Shown here piece by piece: positions 41,032 through 52,770 of a stretch of 55,982 nt of DNA. The notes beneath the pieces are model-generated. The model saw only the letters and a list, made by a program, of their open reading frames with translations. It was not told the origin of the DNA and did not search any database. Origin of the DNA: Phycisphaera mikurensis (GTDB lineage: Bacteria; Planctomycetota; Phycisphaerae; WQYP01). Each line of letters starts with the position of its first letter. The first letter of the stretch is position 1. The stretch is from contig DZDI01000004.1 in NCBI GenBank assembly GCA_022730455.1, positions 1-55,982 of the forward strand, written 5' to 3'. The position numbers and the translations under genes were made by a program.

Positions 41032-41328
41032 TGAAATCGTCGGAGACAACTTTTCGCTTCGCGGCGCCGAGGGTGGCTGTTTCCTCAGCACAAGGCCATT
41101 TGCCATGCGTACCACATTGCCTGGAAACGCCCCATTCCAATCCATGAGAACGTGAATTCGGAATAATGGGCCAATCAATTCGGGCATTGCCGACAAATCT
41201 TCCCCGGCAGTTGGGTAGACGCCACTTGCGAACGCGCCAGTTCAAGCCCGGCAGCTAAACAAACCACACACGGGAATGCAGCTACCTGGTCCAATAAAAT
41301 TTACCAACGCCTTATTCCCAAATGATAT

Positions 41329-41367
41329 AAAAAAAAGGATCCGATGATATCGACATCATCGGACCCT
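41329..41367 (-). terminator. rpoBC intrinsic terminator
   Basis: AGGGTCCGATGAT...ATCATCGGATCCT followed by a long T-run on the minus strand. Confidence 0.9.
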
Positions 41368-41392
41368 GATACTTACCAACTAATTTATCCTG

Positions 41393-44300
41393 TTACGCAT
41401 TGGCGGTTTCACCGGCTACGGGCTCTAACCCGATTGGCGTTTCTCCTGGCAGGGTGGGAACTGCGATATTGGGTTCGATTTCGGCAACAGGGGTGCCAAT
41501 GTGGGCGATTTTCAATTGCTGATAAGGACGGAACCCGGTACCCGCCGGAATGAGGTGCCCCAAGATCACGTTTTCCTTTAAACCTTGCAGTGTATCTTCC
41601 CGGCTCGCAAGTGCCGCCTCAGTCAGCACCTTGGTGGTTTCCTGGAAACTAGCGGCCGACACAAACGATTCACTCTGCAAACTGGCCTTGGTGATACCCA
41701 AGAGCAGGGTCTTGGCTTTGGCCGGCTTAGCACGCCGCGTCTTGGGCGGCGTACCCCCCTTGGATTCGATTTCAGCGGCGACTTCCTTGGCCTGTTCGCG
41801 CGTCAACAGCTTGCCGATCGGCAGGCCACTGTCACCCGGCTCATCGATGCGAAGCATCTTGGCCGTTTCTTCATTAAGTGTCTGGAAGCGAAAGCGATCG
41901 ACCACTTCGGTCGGCAGACACGCCGTGTCGCCAGGATCTTCAATCCGCACCTTCCGCACCATCTGAGCGATGATGATCTCAATATGCTTGTCAGCAATAC
42001 GCTGATTTTGCGTACGATAGACATTTTGAATTTCCGAAAGCAGGTATTCCTGCAGTGCGTCCTCACCTTTGATCCGCAGAATATCCTGCGGCACAAGCGG
42101 CCCGTCAATAAGCGGATCGCCCGCTTCAACGGTATCTCCGGCGTGTACGCGCAACTGGCGATCCTGCGATACGTGGTGTTCGTGAGCGACATCGCCAGGC
42201 CCTTTAATAGTAATCGTCATTTTGCCGCGACGTTTGTCGGATCGCAGCTCAATGACACCTGAAATTTCCGCCATGATGGCTGTATCCTTGGGCTTGCGGG
42301 CCTCAAGAATTTCAGTGACGCGCGGCAGACCTGAGGTAATGTCAGACGTACCCTTGATTTCCCGAGGTTGGCGGGCAAGCAACGTGCCAGGCAAAACCAT
42401 CTGACCGGGTTCCACATCGATACGTGTCTTGGCCGGTACATAATGGAAATCCAATGTTTTGCCGTCCGCCGGATCAACAATATTAATACGGGGATGACGT
42501 TCGCCCCGGTGTTCGACGACCACGAGACGCCGGGTACCGCCCTTGCCTTCGCTTTCGGCCCGGACCGTTTCGCCTTCTTCGATGTCATCGAACTTCACCA
42601 TACCGGCTTTTTCAGCCAAGATGGGCGTGCGATGCTGATCCCAGGCGCAAAGTTGCTGGCCGGCCCGCACCGTGTCGCCGTTCTTGACATGCACATAAGC
42701 ACCGTACGGTACGCGATGTTTTTCAAGTTCGCGTCCTTTGGCGTCCTTAATGACCACATCGCCATTTTTCTTGAGGACGACCGTGTGCCGAACGCCTTCA
42801 CTGTCGGTGACATCAACGGCGTTAAGATCACCAAGATGCACAACACCGGCCACCGAGGCGCGCAATTCGTTTTTCTCGAGGATACGGGTTGCCGATCCAC
42901 CGGTATGGAATGTACGCATGGTAAGCTGCGTACCAGGCTCGCCGATGGACTGGGCGGCAATGATTCCCACAGCAAGGCCCTCTTCAACAAGGGTATTGCT
43001 GGAATGGTCAATTCCATAACAGCGGGCGCAAATGCCGCTCGGACTTTCGCATGTCAGCGGGCTGCGGACGCGCACAGTCTCAATATTAAGGGCTTCAATC
43101 TTGCGGGAAATCTCGGTGGTAATGATCTGCCCTTCAAGCACGATACTTTCGTCGGTGATGGGGTTCATCAAAGTATCAGCCGCACAACGTCCCACGATAA
43201 TATCGCGGAGAGGTACATCCACCTGGTCACCCTTGAAGACTGCTTGTTTGCGGATACCGCTTTGCGTACCGCAATCGTGCTCAGAGATAATGACATTCTG
43301 CGCCACATCCGCCAGCTTACGGGTGAGATAACCGGAATCTGCCGTCTTGAGAGCGGTATCCGCCAAACCCTTACGGGCACCGTGCGTTGAGGTGAAATAT
43401 TCCAACACCGACAACCCCTCACGGAAGTTGGTCTTGATGGGCGTTTCCATGATTTCACCAGAGGGACGGCTCATCAAGCCACGCATACCAGCAAGCTGTC
43501 GGAAATTATCGACATTACCGCGGGCCCCCGAGTCGGCCATAAGGAAGACGGGGTTAAGGTAAGGCGCACCGGACGGATCCTTCGGCGGAAGCGGTGCCAA
43601 GCTGCCAGCCTGACGAGTGTCATGCTCAAGTTCATTCATCATTTCCTTGGTGACTTCCTCGCGGGCATGAGCCCAGATATCCAGCAACTGGTTGTATCTT
43701 TCACGTTCAGTGATGGCGCCCAAATTGAGATTTTTCTCAACGCGGTCGGCCTTTTTCTGGGCTTCTTCAATAATCTGTCGTTTTCTGGCGGGGATGCGCA
43801 GATCCGTTATACCGAAACTCAAACCAGCCAGAGTGGACATCTTGAAGCCGAGTTCCTTCATATCGTCCAGCAGGGAAATCGTCGCGGGTCGACCAAGATG
43901 CTGGTAGCAGTCTGCGATGACGCGGCTACCCCCTTTGCTCGAGAGTGTATAATTGTAAAATGGCATCTGCGGCGGCAGAATGTCGTTGAACATGCACCGC
44001 CCGACGGTCGTCACGATAACGCGCGAAGACGGGGTTGGCTCAGCCCCTTTGCTCTGTCCGGTCACGACCGCTCGACGGTCAATGCGGACTTTGATGCTGG
44101 TATGGATGCCAATAACTTTACGATGGTACGCCAGCAGGGCCTCGGCATAATCACGAAAGGCCATTTCCTGACCGGCCGGGCGTTGGCCGGCCTCTCCGCC
44201 GAGTAAGGCGGTAATGTAATAAATACCCAATACAATATCCTGCGACGGCCCGATGATCGGCGAACCATTGGCAGGCGAGAAGATATTGTTGGTGGAAAGC

Positions 44301-45736
44301 ATCAGCAGATGCGCTTCGGCCTGGGCCTCGATGGAAAGCGGCAGATGCACCGCCATCTGGTCGCCGTCAAAGTCGGCATTAAAGCCTTTGCATACCAGCG
44401 GGTGTACCTTAATGGCATTGCCTTCAATCAGCACCGGTTCAAAAGCTTGAATGCCGATGCGGTGCAGGGTCGGAGCACGGTTAAGCAGAACCGGGTGACC
44501 TTTGATAACCTCTTCCAGAATATCCCAGATTTCCTGGTCGCGGCGTTCAATCATTTTTTTCGCTGCTTTGATGGTGTCCGCCAGTCCGTGCTCTTTAAGT
44601 TTACGGATAATGAACGGCTGGAAGAGTTCGAGTGCAATTTTCTTGGGCATGCCGCACTGATGCAGTTTAAGTTCAGGTCCGACGACGATAACCGAACGGG
44701 CCGAATAATCCACGCGCTTACCGAGAAGATTTTCGCGGAACCGGCCCTGTTTGCCCTTGATCATGTCCGTCAACGACTTCAATGGTCGATTGGATGAACC
44801 AATCACGGGACGACGGCATCGGCCGTTATCGAAAAGCGCATCAATGGACTGTTGAAGCATGCGTTTTTCATTGCGGACAATGACTTCCGGGGCGTTGAGG
44901 TCCTGGAGCTTCTTGAGACGATTGTTACGATTAATAATCCGGCGGTAGAGGTCATTGAGATCGCTGGTGGCAAAATTACCCGATTCCAGCAGAACCAGCG
45001 GGCGCAGATCCGGCGGGATGACGGGGATGACGTCGATAATCAGCCAGTCAGGTTTATTATGCGATTTACGCAGCGCCTCAATGATACGAAGGCGCTTTGA
45101 CAGATCCTTTAATTTCTGTTTGCTGCGTGTCTCACTGATGCCCGTGCGCAGATTGATCGACTCCAGCTCCAAATCCAGCTTACTGAGCAGAATTCGGATC
45201 GCCTCAGCACCCATATGCGCTTTGAACGCGTCGCCAAACTTTTCGCGTGCATCGCGGTATTCTTCTTCCGTTAAAAGTTGGCGTTCCTTCAGCGGGGTTG
45301 AACCGGGATCGGTCACAATGTGGTCTTGATAGTAAATGACCTTTTCCAAGTCGCCAGTTTTCATGTCCAGCAAATTGCCCAAGCGGCTCGGACTGTTTTT
45401 GAAAAACCAGATGTGTACAACCGGGGCCGCAAGACCGATGTGCCCCATGCGTTTACGACGTACGCGGCTGTGCGACACGCGAACACCGCAACGATCGCAA
45501 CTGGTACCCTTGAATTTGGTCCCGCGGTATTTGCCGCAGGCACATTCATAGTCACGTTCTGGACCAAAAATACGTTCGCAGAACAAACCGTCCCGCTCGG
45601 GACGGTAAGTGCGGTAATTGATGGTTTCCGGCTTCTTAACTTCGCCGAAGCTCCAGGACGTAATGTCCTTGGAACTCGCGAGCGATATTTTCACCGACCT
45701 GAAGTCATTTACTTTGTCCCAAATGGGTTCCGCCAT
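41393..45736 (-). CDS. rpoC: RNA polymerase beta' subunit
   Basis: [42 protein letters not shown]. Confidence 0.99.
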   Translation of the reverse strand: MAEPIWDKVNDFRSVKISLASSKDITSWSFGEVKKPETINYRTYRPERDGLFCERIFGPERDYECACGKYRGTKFKGTSCDRCGVRVSHSRVRRKRMGHIGLAAPVVHIWFFKNSPSRLGNLLDMKTGDLEKVIYYQDHIVTDPGSTPLKERQLLTEEEYRDAREKFGDAFKAHMGAEAIRILLSKLDLELESINLRTGISETRSKQKLKDLSKRLRIIEALRKSHNKPDWLIIDVIPVIPPDLRPLVLLESGNFATSDLNDLYRRIINRNNRLKKLQDLNAPEVIVRNEKRMLQQSIDALFDNGRCRRPVIGSSNRPLKSLTDMIKGKQGRFRENLLGKRVDYSARSVIVVGPELKLHQCGMPKKIALELFQPFIIRKLKEHGLADTIKAAKKMIERRDQEIWDILEEVIKGHPVLLNRAPTLHRIGIQAFEPVLIEGNAIKVHPLVCKGFNADFDGDQMAVHLPLSIEAQAEAHLLMLSTNNIFSPANGSPIIGPSQDIVLGIYYITALLGGEAGQRPAGQEMAFRDYAEALLAYHRKVIGIHTSIKVRIDRRAVVTGQSKGAEPTPSSRVIVTTVGRCMFNDILPPQMPFYNYTLSSKGGSRVIADCYQHLGRPATISLLDDMKELGFKMSTLAGLSFGITDLRIPARKRQIIEEAQKKADRVEKNLNLGAITERERYNQLLDIWAHAREEVTKEMMNELEHDTRQAGSLAPLPPKDPSGAPYLNPVFLMADSGARGNVDNFRQLAGMRGLMSRPSGEIMETPIKTNFREGLSVLEYFTSTHGARKGLADTALKTADSGYLTRKLADVAQNVIISEHDCGTQSGIRKQAVFKGDQVDVPLRDIIVGRCAADTLMNPITDESIVLEGQIITTEISRKIEALNIETVRVRSPLTCESPSGICARCYGIDHSSNTLVEEGLAVGIIAAQSIGEPGTQLTMRTFHTGGSATRILEKNELRASVAGVVHLGDLNAVDVTDSEGVRHTVVLKKNGDVVIKDAKGRELEKHRVPYGAYVHVKNGDTVRAGQQLCAWDQHRTPILAEKAGMVKFDDIEEGETVRAESEGKGGTRRLVVVEHRGERHPRINIVDPADGKTLDFHYVPAKTRIDVEPGQMVLPGTLLARQPREIKGTSDITSGLPRVTEILEARKPKDTAIMAEISGVIELRSDKRRGKMTITIKGPGDVAHEHHVSQDRQLRVHAGDTVEAGDPLIDGPLVPQDILRIKGEDALQEYLLSEIQNVYRTQNQRIADKHIEIIIAQMVRKVRIEDPGDTACLPTEVVDRFRFQTLNEETAKMLRIDEPGDSGLPIGKLLTREQAKEVAAEIESKGGTPPKTRRAKPAKAKTLLLGITKASLQSESFVSAASFQETTKVLTEAALASREDTLQGLKENVILGHLIPAGTGFRPYQQLKIAHIGTPVAEIEPNIAVPTLPGETPIGLEPVAGETANA

Positions 45737-45829
45737 GGTACAGGCTCCCGCAAAAGGTAATATTTATTCAATCAATCCAATGATTAACACGATCTCAAAC
45801 ACATTAATGCCGTGCTGGCCGCTGCTCCG

Positions 45830-48800
45830 TTATCTGCCGTCCGCGCCCTTTGCATCGGTCTTAGCATCCAGCGGCAAATCGCCATCACGATCTTTGCTAA
45901 GCACCATATTCAAGCCCAAGCCTCGAATTTCGTTTACAAGCACATCGAAGGAAACCGGTGTGCCGGCTTGAAGGATGTTGGTGCCTTTGACCATGCTTTC
46001 GTAAATCTTGGTACGCCCATCGACATCGTCAGATTTAACGGTGAGCAATTCCTGCAGCACGTGCGCCGCTCCATACGCTTCCAGTGCCCAGACTTCCATC
46101 TCTCCGAAGCGTTGGCCACCGGTACGCGCCTTTCCACCCAACGGCTGCTGTGTGATAAGGCTGTAGGGGCCGGTGGATCGGGCGTGAATCTTTTCATCCA
46201 CCAGATGGTGAAGCTTCAGCATGTACATGTAGCCGACGGTTACACGTTGTTCAAACTGCTCACCGGTGCGTCCGTCAAATAGCGGCACCTTGAGTGATTC
46301 CGGCATTTCGACGAACATTTCGACCGGCGATGGCGCCTCTTTTTTGTCTTTTAACTCTTTGAGCCGATGACGCACATGGGCGTTGGCCTCGGCTACCGCC
46401 TGATGGATTTCCTCCTCGGCGGCGCCGTCAAACACCGGCGTGACGGCCTGGAAACCCAAAATTGCGGCTGCCCAGCCCAAATGCGTCTCTAAAATCTGCC
46501 CGACGTTCATACGCGAGGGGACGCCCAGCGGATTGAGTGCAATATCGACCGGAGTGCCATCTTCCAAAAACGGCATATCCTCTTCAGGCACAATACGGGC
46601 GATGACACCCTTGTTTCCATGCCGTCCAGCCATCTTATCGCCGACCGACAGGGGACGCTTGGTGGCGAGATAAACCTTCACCATTTCCAGCACGCCTGTC
46701 TGTAGATCATCGCCGTTTTTCATGCGATCGCGCTTGCGGTCACGTTCTTCCTTGAGGTTTTCCAAGGTTGGCTTATAGCGGGCCCAGATGGCTTCACCTG
46801 TCTGGCGCCCCTCATCGCTGCCTTTGATCCACTTCGGCGAGAAGGAATCGGCCTGCTCGCATATGACCTCATCATCGTCATTTTTACCCACCTTTTGTTT
46901 GGTGGTCGGGTCGATCATTACCTGCCCGGTCGCGACGTTGATTTCCTCCGCCATCGTGCGGAACAACGCTGCAATGCGGCCGTTCATCTCAGCATCAAAC
47001 TCTTTAATATCTTTTTGAAGTTGCTTTTTCTGATCATCATTCAGTTGTCCGCGACGGGCAAAATGATGCGCTGCGATGACCACGCCTTCCGTGCCGGCCG
47101 GCACTTCCAGCGAGTCATTCTTAACATCTTCACCGGCGCGACCGAAGATGGCATGCAGTAACTTTTCTTCAGGCGAAAGCTCGGTTTTGCTCTTGGGGGA
47201 CACCTTACCTACGAGTATGTCGCCCGCCAACACATGCGTACCAATGCGAACAATGCCGCGGTCATCGAGATTCTTAAGCGCCTTTTCACTGACGTTGGGA
47301 ATGTCGCGGGTAAATTCTTCCCGTCCCAGCTTGGTCTCACGCACTTCCACATCAAATTCTTCGATATGGATGGACGTAAAGGTGTCATTTTTAATAAGCC
47401 GCTCGTTGACCACAATGGCGTCTTCAAAGTTGTAGCCGTCGAAAGTCATGAACGCCACAAGCACATTGCGCCCGAGCGCCAGTTCACCCTGGCGGCAGGC
47501 GGGGCCGTCGCCAATGATCTGTCCCTTTTTGACTTTTTGCCCAATCGAGACAATGGGCTTTTGCGTGAGACACGTTTTATCGTTAAGGCCCGCGTTTTTA
47601 CGCAGCCGATACTCATCCGAATTGTCAATGACAATCCGCGTACTGTCTACATAAGTAACGGTTCCGGCACGCTCTGCACAAATGACCATACCACTGTTGG
47701 CTGGCACATGTTTTTCCAAACCGGTGCCGACGACCGGTGGCTCGGTAATGAGCAGCGGCACGGCCTGGCGTTGCATGTTGGAACCCATCAAAGCACGGTT
47801 GGCGTCATCGTGTTCAAGGAAGGGGATCAGGGCAGCGGAAACGGCAACCAACTGCTTCGGCGAGATATCCACATAATTTACGTCGCTGCCGCGCACCTGC
47901 TGAAGGTCGCCGTTCTGGCGGGCGAGTATTAAATCTGTGCGTACCTCATGCGTTTTGGGATTGACGACTTCCGGCGGAGCCAGAATCGCCTTCATTTCCT
48001 CATCGGCACGCAGGTACCGGGTATGGCCGTTAACCTTGCCATCTTCCACCACGCGATACGGGGTAATGAGAAAGCCATACTCATCAACGCTGGCGTAGAT
48101 GGACAGCGATGCAATAAGCCCGATGTTGGTACCTTCAGGGGTTTCAATAGGGCAGATGCGGCCGTAGTGGGAAATATGCACATCGCGTACTTCATACCCG
48201 GCTCGTTTACGGTTGAGACCGCCAGGCCCCAGAGCCGAGAGTCGGCGTTCGTGCGTAAGCTGGGCAAGCGGATTGGTCTGATCCACCACCTGCGAGAGCT
48301 CACTGCGACCGAAAAAATATTCAATCGAACTGCTGACACTTTTGGTGTTGACCAATTCCACAATCTTGGTGATTTCCTCAAGCGCCTTCGAGGAGAGCCG
48401 ATCGGTCACCGTCCGCCGCAATTTCAAAAATCCCTTGCGGAGCTCTTCCTGAGCCAATTCATCAATCGTACGCAGACGACGATTGCCGAGATGGTCAATG
48501 TCGTCTATGTATCCATTGCCGGCCCGCAGGTCCAGCATGTATTTGATCGATCCCACCACGTCTTCAGACCGCAGCGTCATCACGTCTTCGGGCACATTTT
48601 GTTCAAACTTGCGGTTGATACGAAAACGCCCCACGCGTCCCAGCCGATAGCGGTTGGTATCAAAAAATCTTTCAGTGAAAAGTGACTTGGCCTTGTCATC
48701 ATTGGGCGGATTGCCGGGCCTCAGCCGGAGATAAATCTTCTTCAACGCGTCTTTGTGGTTGATGGAATCATCTTTGGCCAGCGTGTTAAGGATCAGCGGA

Positions 48801-49624
48801 TCATTGACTTTTTCAATGACTTCGATCTTTTTAAGATTGCCCGACTGTATCTTGGCGATTTTCTCACCAATCTGAGATCCGGACTTCAGCAATTCCTCGC
48901 CGGTTTCGGGGTCTACAATGGCACCGACGGTGTAGTAGTCCGCTTTAAGCTGCCCGACGGAAACCTGCCGCGTTTCGTAAAAAGCGCGGATGATGGCCTC
49001 GTTTTCAGAATATTTTTCATCCAGCGCCCGTAGAAAACTGGTAGCCGCAATTTTACAGGTCTTATCGATACGGACTTCCAACGTGTCCTTTTTAGTGACC
49101 ACGATTTCAATCCAACTGCCGCGTTCCGGTATGACCCGGCAGGCATGCAGCGGGCGATCACTTTCATCGGTTGCGACCAAAAAGTCCACACCCGGTGATC
49201 GGTGCAACTGGGAGACAATAACGCGCTCGGCACCATTGATGATAAATTCACCGCCGCCAGTCATAATCGGCACGTCACCGAGGTAAATACTCTCGTCATG
49301 TATATCGGGTTTGTCTTTTCGCACCAGCCGCACGCGTACCCGAAACTGCATGCCGTAGGTCAGACGAAGCGCCCGACATTCATCCATGGAATATCGGGGG
49401 CGGCCAAGTTCATAGCTGACATATTCGAGGCGCATGGCGTGGTCATTGGATTCAATCGGAAACACTTCGCGGAGTAAGGCCTCAATACCTTCGTTTTTGC
49501 GCGATTCCGGATCCACATCCAGTTGCAGGAATCGCTTGTATGCCGCCGTCTGCACCTCAATGAGATTTGGAATTGGAGCGGCATCGCCACGCTTTGAATA
49601 ATTACGCACCTGCGTGATACGCAT
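45830..49624 (-). CDS. rpoB: RNA polymerase beta subunit
   Basis: [44 protein letters not shown]. Confidence 0.99.
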   Translation of the reverse strand: MRITQVRNYSKRGDAAPIPNLIEVQTAAYKRFLQLDVDPESRKNEGIEALLREVFPIESNDHAMRLEYVSYELGRPRYSMDECRALRLTYGMQFRVRVRLVRKDKPDIHDESIYLGDVPIMTGGGEFIINGAERVIVSQLHRSPGVDFLVATDESDRPLHACRVIPERGSWIEIVVTKKDTLEVRIDKTCKIAATSFLRALDEKYSENEAIIRAFYETRQVSVGQLKADYYTVGAIVDPETGEELLKSGSQIGEKIAKIQSGNLKKIEVIEKVNDPLILNTLAKDDSINHKDALKKIYLRLRPGNPPNDDKAKSLFTERFFDTNRYRLGRVGRFRINRKFEQNVPEDVMTLRSEDVVGSIKYMLDLRAGNGYIDDIDHLGNRRLRTIDELAQEELRKGFLKLRRTVTDRLSSKALEEITKIVELVNTKSVSSSIEYFFGRSELSQVVDQTNPLAQLTHERRLSALGPGGLNRKRAGYEVRDVHISHYGRICPIETPEGTNIGLIASLSIYASVDEYGFLITPYRVVEDGKVNGHTRYLRADEEMKAILAPPEVVNPKTHEVRTDLILARQNGDLQQVRGSDVNYVDISPKQLVAVSAALIPFLEHDDANRALMGSNMQRQAVPLLITEPPVVGTGLEKHVPANSGMVICAERAGTVTYVDSTRIVIDNSDEYRLRKNAGLNDKTCLTQKPIVSIGQKVKKGQIIGDGPACRQGELALGRNVLVAFMTFDGYNFEDAIVVNERLIKNDTFTSIHIEEFDVEVRETKLGREEFTRDIPNVSEKALKNLDDRGIVRIGTHVLAGDILVGKVSPKSKTELSPEEKLLHAIFGRAGEDVKNDSLEVPAGTEGVVIAAHHFARRGQLNDDQKKQLQKDIKEFDAEMNGRIAALFRTMAEEINVATGQVMIDPTTKQKVGKNDDDEVICEQADSFSPKWIKGSDEGRQTGEAIWARYKPTLENLKEERDRKRDRMKNGDDLQTGVLEMVKVYLATKRPLSVGDKMAGRHGNKGVIARIVPEEDMPFLEDGTPVDIALNPLGVPSRMNVGQILETHLGWAAAILGFQAVTPVFDGAAEEEIHQAVAEANAHVRHRLKELKDKKEAPSPVEMFVEMPESLKVPLFDGRTGEQFEQRVTVGYMYMLKLHHLVDEKIHARSTGPYSLITQQPLGGKARTGGQRFGEMEVWALEAYGAAHVLQELLTVKSDDVDGRTKIYESMVKGTNILQAGTPVSFDVLVNEIRGLGLNMVLSKDRDGDLPLDAKTDAKGADGR

Positions 49625-49866
49625 CAGTCACCTCAGCCATCGTGTCAAGAAAAAAATCGTCTTTAAGGTCAAAATCGCGAATTCAAAAAACGCCACCCGG
49701 TTGCAATGTTCTTCACCCTCATGAAGATGCGAGCTAAACACTGCCCGTTGATACATCCAGCATCACCCCCGGGCATTCGCGGGGAACACAGCCTCCGTCG
49801 GCAGCGAGCGAGTTAAAATTAAATGTTGATCGTCAATGCTTCCTGTCGGGTTAGTCATAGCTTGGT

Positions 49867-49895
49867 ATATTAGGCGTTCGGATATGAAAACGCAA
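49867..49895 (-). promoter_or_regulatory. Putative sigma70 promoter for rpoBC
   Basis: TTGCGT-N17-TAATAT on the minus strand, ~240 nt upstream of the rpoB ATG. Confidence 0.6.
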
Positions 49896-49914
49896 GTCCC
49901 CAAATAAACGACCA

Positions 49915-49944
49915 TTGACACCCCCGGTTCGTTCGGGTTATATT
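49915..49944 (+). promoter_or_regulatory. Putative sigma70 promoter for the leader-rplAJL transcript
   Basis: TTGACA-N18-TATATT. Confidence 0.7.
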
Positions 49945-49950
49945 ACCGGG

Positions 49951-50437
49951 CTGCACTGCACCCAACCACTGGTCAGTGACCACGATTGTAACGTGGTGGA
50001 GCGCATATCCAAAATCACCTGCGAGGGTGAGGATGTGCACCCCGCGGCGTTGGATGGTTTCAGGGGCCTTTGCCCCTCTCAACCATCAGATTGCCCGGGA
50101 GCTGTGGAAGCCACTGTTGCCGGTTTACCGGCGGCGGGATGTGTAACCGAGCGGCTGCAGGTATCCATGTGCCCTATGGCAGCGGGATCACCGGGGTCGC
50201 ACCAGACGACAGCCGTTAAGGCAGTTGAATTGCGGTTCACAGGCGGCCTGTGAAATTTTCCGCGTTGCGACGGGACGGCGATTATGTTCCGTCAGATGTT
50301 CAGCGGATTCATCGGCCAAGCCATCCAGCCGTTGATAACAGGCCCTGTTGCAGGGCCTGTGTCGTCCAGCGATAAAGTGGTGGAATTTTTCAGTGCCTCT
50401 GACTTGCACGCACTTGAGGTTCAGGAGTTTTTCATTT
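49951..50437 (+). ncRNA. Long structured leader / candidate ncRNA upstream of rplA
   Basis: About 9-10 consecutive hairpins with G-U pairs favouring the + strand; no credible protein. Confidence 0.55.
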
Positions 50438-51151
50438 ATGGCCATCAAAATCCACGGAAAGCGCTATCAAGCCGCTGCCAAGCTGGTACCCAGCGCACCA
50501 GTGAGTATCGAGCAAGCTGTGCCGATACTCAAACAGCTCAAGGCCGCCAAGTTTGACGAATCAGTCAATCTCGTGGTGCTTTTGGGTATAGACGCCAAGC
50601 AGGCCGATCAGGCGGTTCGTGGGTCAGTGAGTTTACCCAAGGGCATCGGCAAAACCAAAAAAGTAATTGCGTTCGTCCAAGGTGCCAACGTGGAAGTTGC
50701 CAAGGCGGCAGGCGCAGCAGAGGCGGGAGCGGACGAACTTGTCAAGCGGGTTAGCGACGGGTGGCTGGACTTTGACGTGGCCATCGCCACGCCGGACATG
50801 ATGCCCAAAATAACGCGATTGGGTAAGGTGCTTGGGCCACAGGGCAAAATGCCAAGCCCAAAGGCCGGCACCGTGACCGCTGATGTAGCAACGGCGGTAC
50901 GTGAATACGTGGCTGGAAAAATCGAATTTCGCAATGACGCGGGCGGTAATATCCACGCTGCCATCGGCAAGTTAAGTTTTCCGGAAGGTGACTTGGTTGC
51001 GAATATTCACTCATTTATCGATCATATTCGACGCCTTAAACCCGCCACCTCCAAGGGTGTTTATATCCGGAAGATCACGGTGCACAGCACCATGAGCCCC
51101 GGAGTGCAAATTGATATTGGCCATCTGTCGGCACCGGCCGAAGCGAGTTAA
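50438..51151 (+). CDS. rplA: 50S ribosomal protein L1
   Basis: AKFDESV, VRGSVSLPKGIGK, LGKVLGPQGKMPSPKAGTV, STMSPG; AGGAG RBS. Confidence 0.98.
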   Translation: MAIKIHGKRYQAAAKLVPSAPVSIEQAVPILKQLKAAKFDESVNLVVLLGIDAKQADQAVRGSVSLPKGIGKTKKVIAFVQGANVEVAKAAGAAEAGADELVKRVSDGWLDFDVAIATPDMMPKITRLGKVLGPQGKMPSPKAGTVTADVATAVREYVAGKIEFRNDAGGNIHAAIGKLSFPEGDLVANIHSFIDHIRRLKPATSKGVYIRKITVHSTMSPGVQIDIGHLSAPAEAS

Positions 51152-51226
51152 GCGCGGCAGTCGGATGGCTCCTGCCAAGCTTAAATTGGTGATTGCTTTA
51201 GCCAGCTTTACTTTTAAGGATATACA

Positions 51227-51766
51227 ATGAGTAAGCGAATTAAAAACTTAGTCGCAAAAGAACTCGAAAAACGCCTCGATGGAACGGAAAGTCTGGTCGT
51301 AATTGATTACATCGGCATCAGTGCCAATGACGTCAATAAACTGCGTACTGGACTGCGACAGAAAAAAGTCCGCTTGACCGTCGTACCCAACAGTCAAGCC
51401 AAACGAGCGTTTAAGACGGTTGGGCTAGGCGCGGCAGGCTCATTGCTCGCTGGCACCAACGCGCTGGTGTACGGTGGCGAGTCCATCGTGGATCTGGTCA
51501 AAGAATTGGTCAGCTCCAAAAAAGACATTCAAAAGCTTGTGATCAAAGGATCTTTGGTTGAAGGCCAGTTTCTGGATGCTTCCGCTACGGAAGCTCTGGC
51601 CAAGATGCCCAACAAACGGGAACTCAAAGGGCAAATTGTCGGCCAAGTGCTTGGGCCCGGCCGAAAATTGGCTGGCCAGGTTATTGGCCCCGGATCAAAT
51701 ATCGCGGGCATTGTCAAAGCGGTTATTGAAAAACGAGAGAAGGAGACTCCGGCGGCCGCCGCCTGA
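51227..51766 (+). CDS. rplJ: 50S ribosomal protein L10
   Basis: IDYIGIS...LRTGLR...VVPNS...ALAKMPNKREL; lies between rplA and rplL. Confidence 0.95.
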   Translation: MSKRIKNLVAKELEKRLDGTESLVVIDYIGISANDVNKLRTGLRQKKVRLTVVPNSQAKRAFKTVGLGAAGSLLAGTNALVYGGESIVDLVKELVSSKKDIQKLVIKGSLVEGQFLDASATEALAKMPNKRELKGQIVGQVLGPGRKLAGQVIGPGSNIAGIVKAVIEKREKETPAAAA

Positions 51767-51906
51767 ACCAACACGGTGGACACATATACCGCATGAATTT
51801 AATAGATGTTTTGTTTTGATCGATTAGAGCCTGCCTTGAGCAGTTAAAACGAGGCGCGTTGCCTTGGCTGTAACCGGCAAACAGGAAAAAGGAAAGGTGT
51901 ATTACC

Positions 51907-52305
51907 ATGGCAGAATTTGCTGCTGAAATCACGGAACTTGGCGATAAGATCGTCGCCCTCTCGCTGCTGCAAGCTCGTCAACTCAGCGATTATCTCAAAG
52001 AGAAGCACGGCATTGAGGCTGCCGCTGGCGGCGCAGTCATGATGGCTGCCCCGGCAGGCGGAGCCGCGGCCGGTGAGGCCAAGGCTGAAGAGCAGACCAC
52101 GTTTGACGTGGTGCTTAAGGCGGCTGGCGAAAAAACCATTCAGGTCATCAAGGTGGTTCGCGCCGTCACCAATCTGGGTCTGAAGGAAGCCAAGGAATTG
52201 GTTACCGCCGCACCCAAAGTGGTTAAAGCTGGCGTGGACAAGGCCGAAGCTGAAAAGCTCAAAAAGGAGCTTGAGGCCGAAGGCGCAACCGTCGAGCTTA
52301 AATAA
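51907..52305 (+). CDS. rplL: 50S ribosomal protein L7/L12
   Basis: Ala-rich hinge, [31 protein letters not shown]. Confidence 0.99.
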   Translation: MAEFAAEITELGDKIVALSLLQARQLSDYLKEKHGIEAAAGGAVMMAAPAGGAAAGEAKAEEQTTFDVVLKAAGEKTIQVIKVVRAVTNLGLKEAKELVTAAPKVVKAGVDKAEAEKLKKELEAEGATVELK

Positions 52306-52363
52306 GTCCGGCGCATAGGCGGTATACCGAATCATTCCGCCTGTCGAAATTGGCAGACCACGT

Positions 52364-52399
52364 AGGGGTGAAGTCCATGAGACTTCACCCCTTTTTTTT
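52364..52399 (+). terminator. rplAJL intrinsic terminator
   Basis: Perfect 12-bp stem AGGGGTGAAGTC/GACTTCACCCCT followed by a T-run. Confidence 0.95.
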
Positions 52400-52507
52400 C
52401 TCAATCGCAATACAATCACACGGAACCGAAGCCGTTTAGAGGAAAAATGGCGGGTTGCCCCGCGATCCGCCATCGAGTGCCGATTCGGATTTTCAACGAT
52501 GGACAAC

Positions 52508-52770
52508 TCACGACTTGACCGCAATCTTGCGGGCTTTGGCCGCGGAGCTACTGTCAAATGTTGTGGATTGGCTCAATCAGGCGGCGATATTTTCCACATC
52601 GACAGGAATGCCGATACGGAAGGTGCGGCGATAGTGCCCCAATTCATATTCCTGCAATAAATATTGCGGTCGAGAGGCCGTCGGTATCACGCTTACTTCC
52701 ACCGACAATGCCCCATTTTCATAGGTCACCGATACACCCTCCTGTGTGGCACCAGTAACAAAGTCCATGC
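52508..52770 (-). pseudogene. Hsp20/alpha-crystallin small heat-shock protein pseudogene
   Basis: GATQEGVSVTYENGALSV...YLLQEYELGHYRRTFRIGIPVDVENIAA, in-frame TGA (52579-52577), then AAKARKIAVKS* with an IxV-type tail; N-terminus missing. Confidence 0.8.

Noticed and set aside
40945-41245. Possible tyrosine-transposase fragment (IHVLMDW)
   Set aside because: Too short and no HUH motif; cannot be supported
41550-49477. Many long plus-strand ORFs antisense to rpoB/rpoC (e.g. 42368-43390)
   Set aside because: Expected from codon bias of highly conserved genes; no recognisable domains
49994-50030. TGGTGGAG as the 3' end of a minus-strand tRNA/tmRNA
   Set aside because: No T-arm (GGTTCGA) at the required distance
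50108-50140. AAGCCACTG...CGGGA as a cobalamin riboswitch
   Set aside because: Lacks the GGGAA/GGTGNAANTCC core and the B12 box; gene context does not fit
49915-50556. ORFs 49915-50253 and 50284-50556, and the extended rplA start at 50348
   Set aside because: No similarity to RplK/NusG/SecE; the first start codon is the -35 box itself; rplA has a clear RBS and ATG at 50438
52577-52579. In-frame TGA in Hsp20 as selenocysteine or readthrough
   Set aside because: Not a Cys position, no SECIS-like hairpin, and the gene shows other decay
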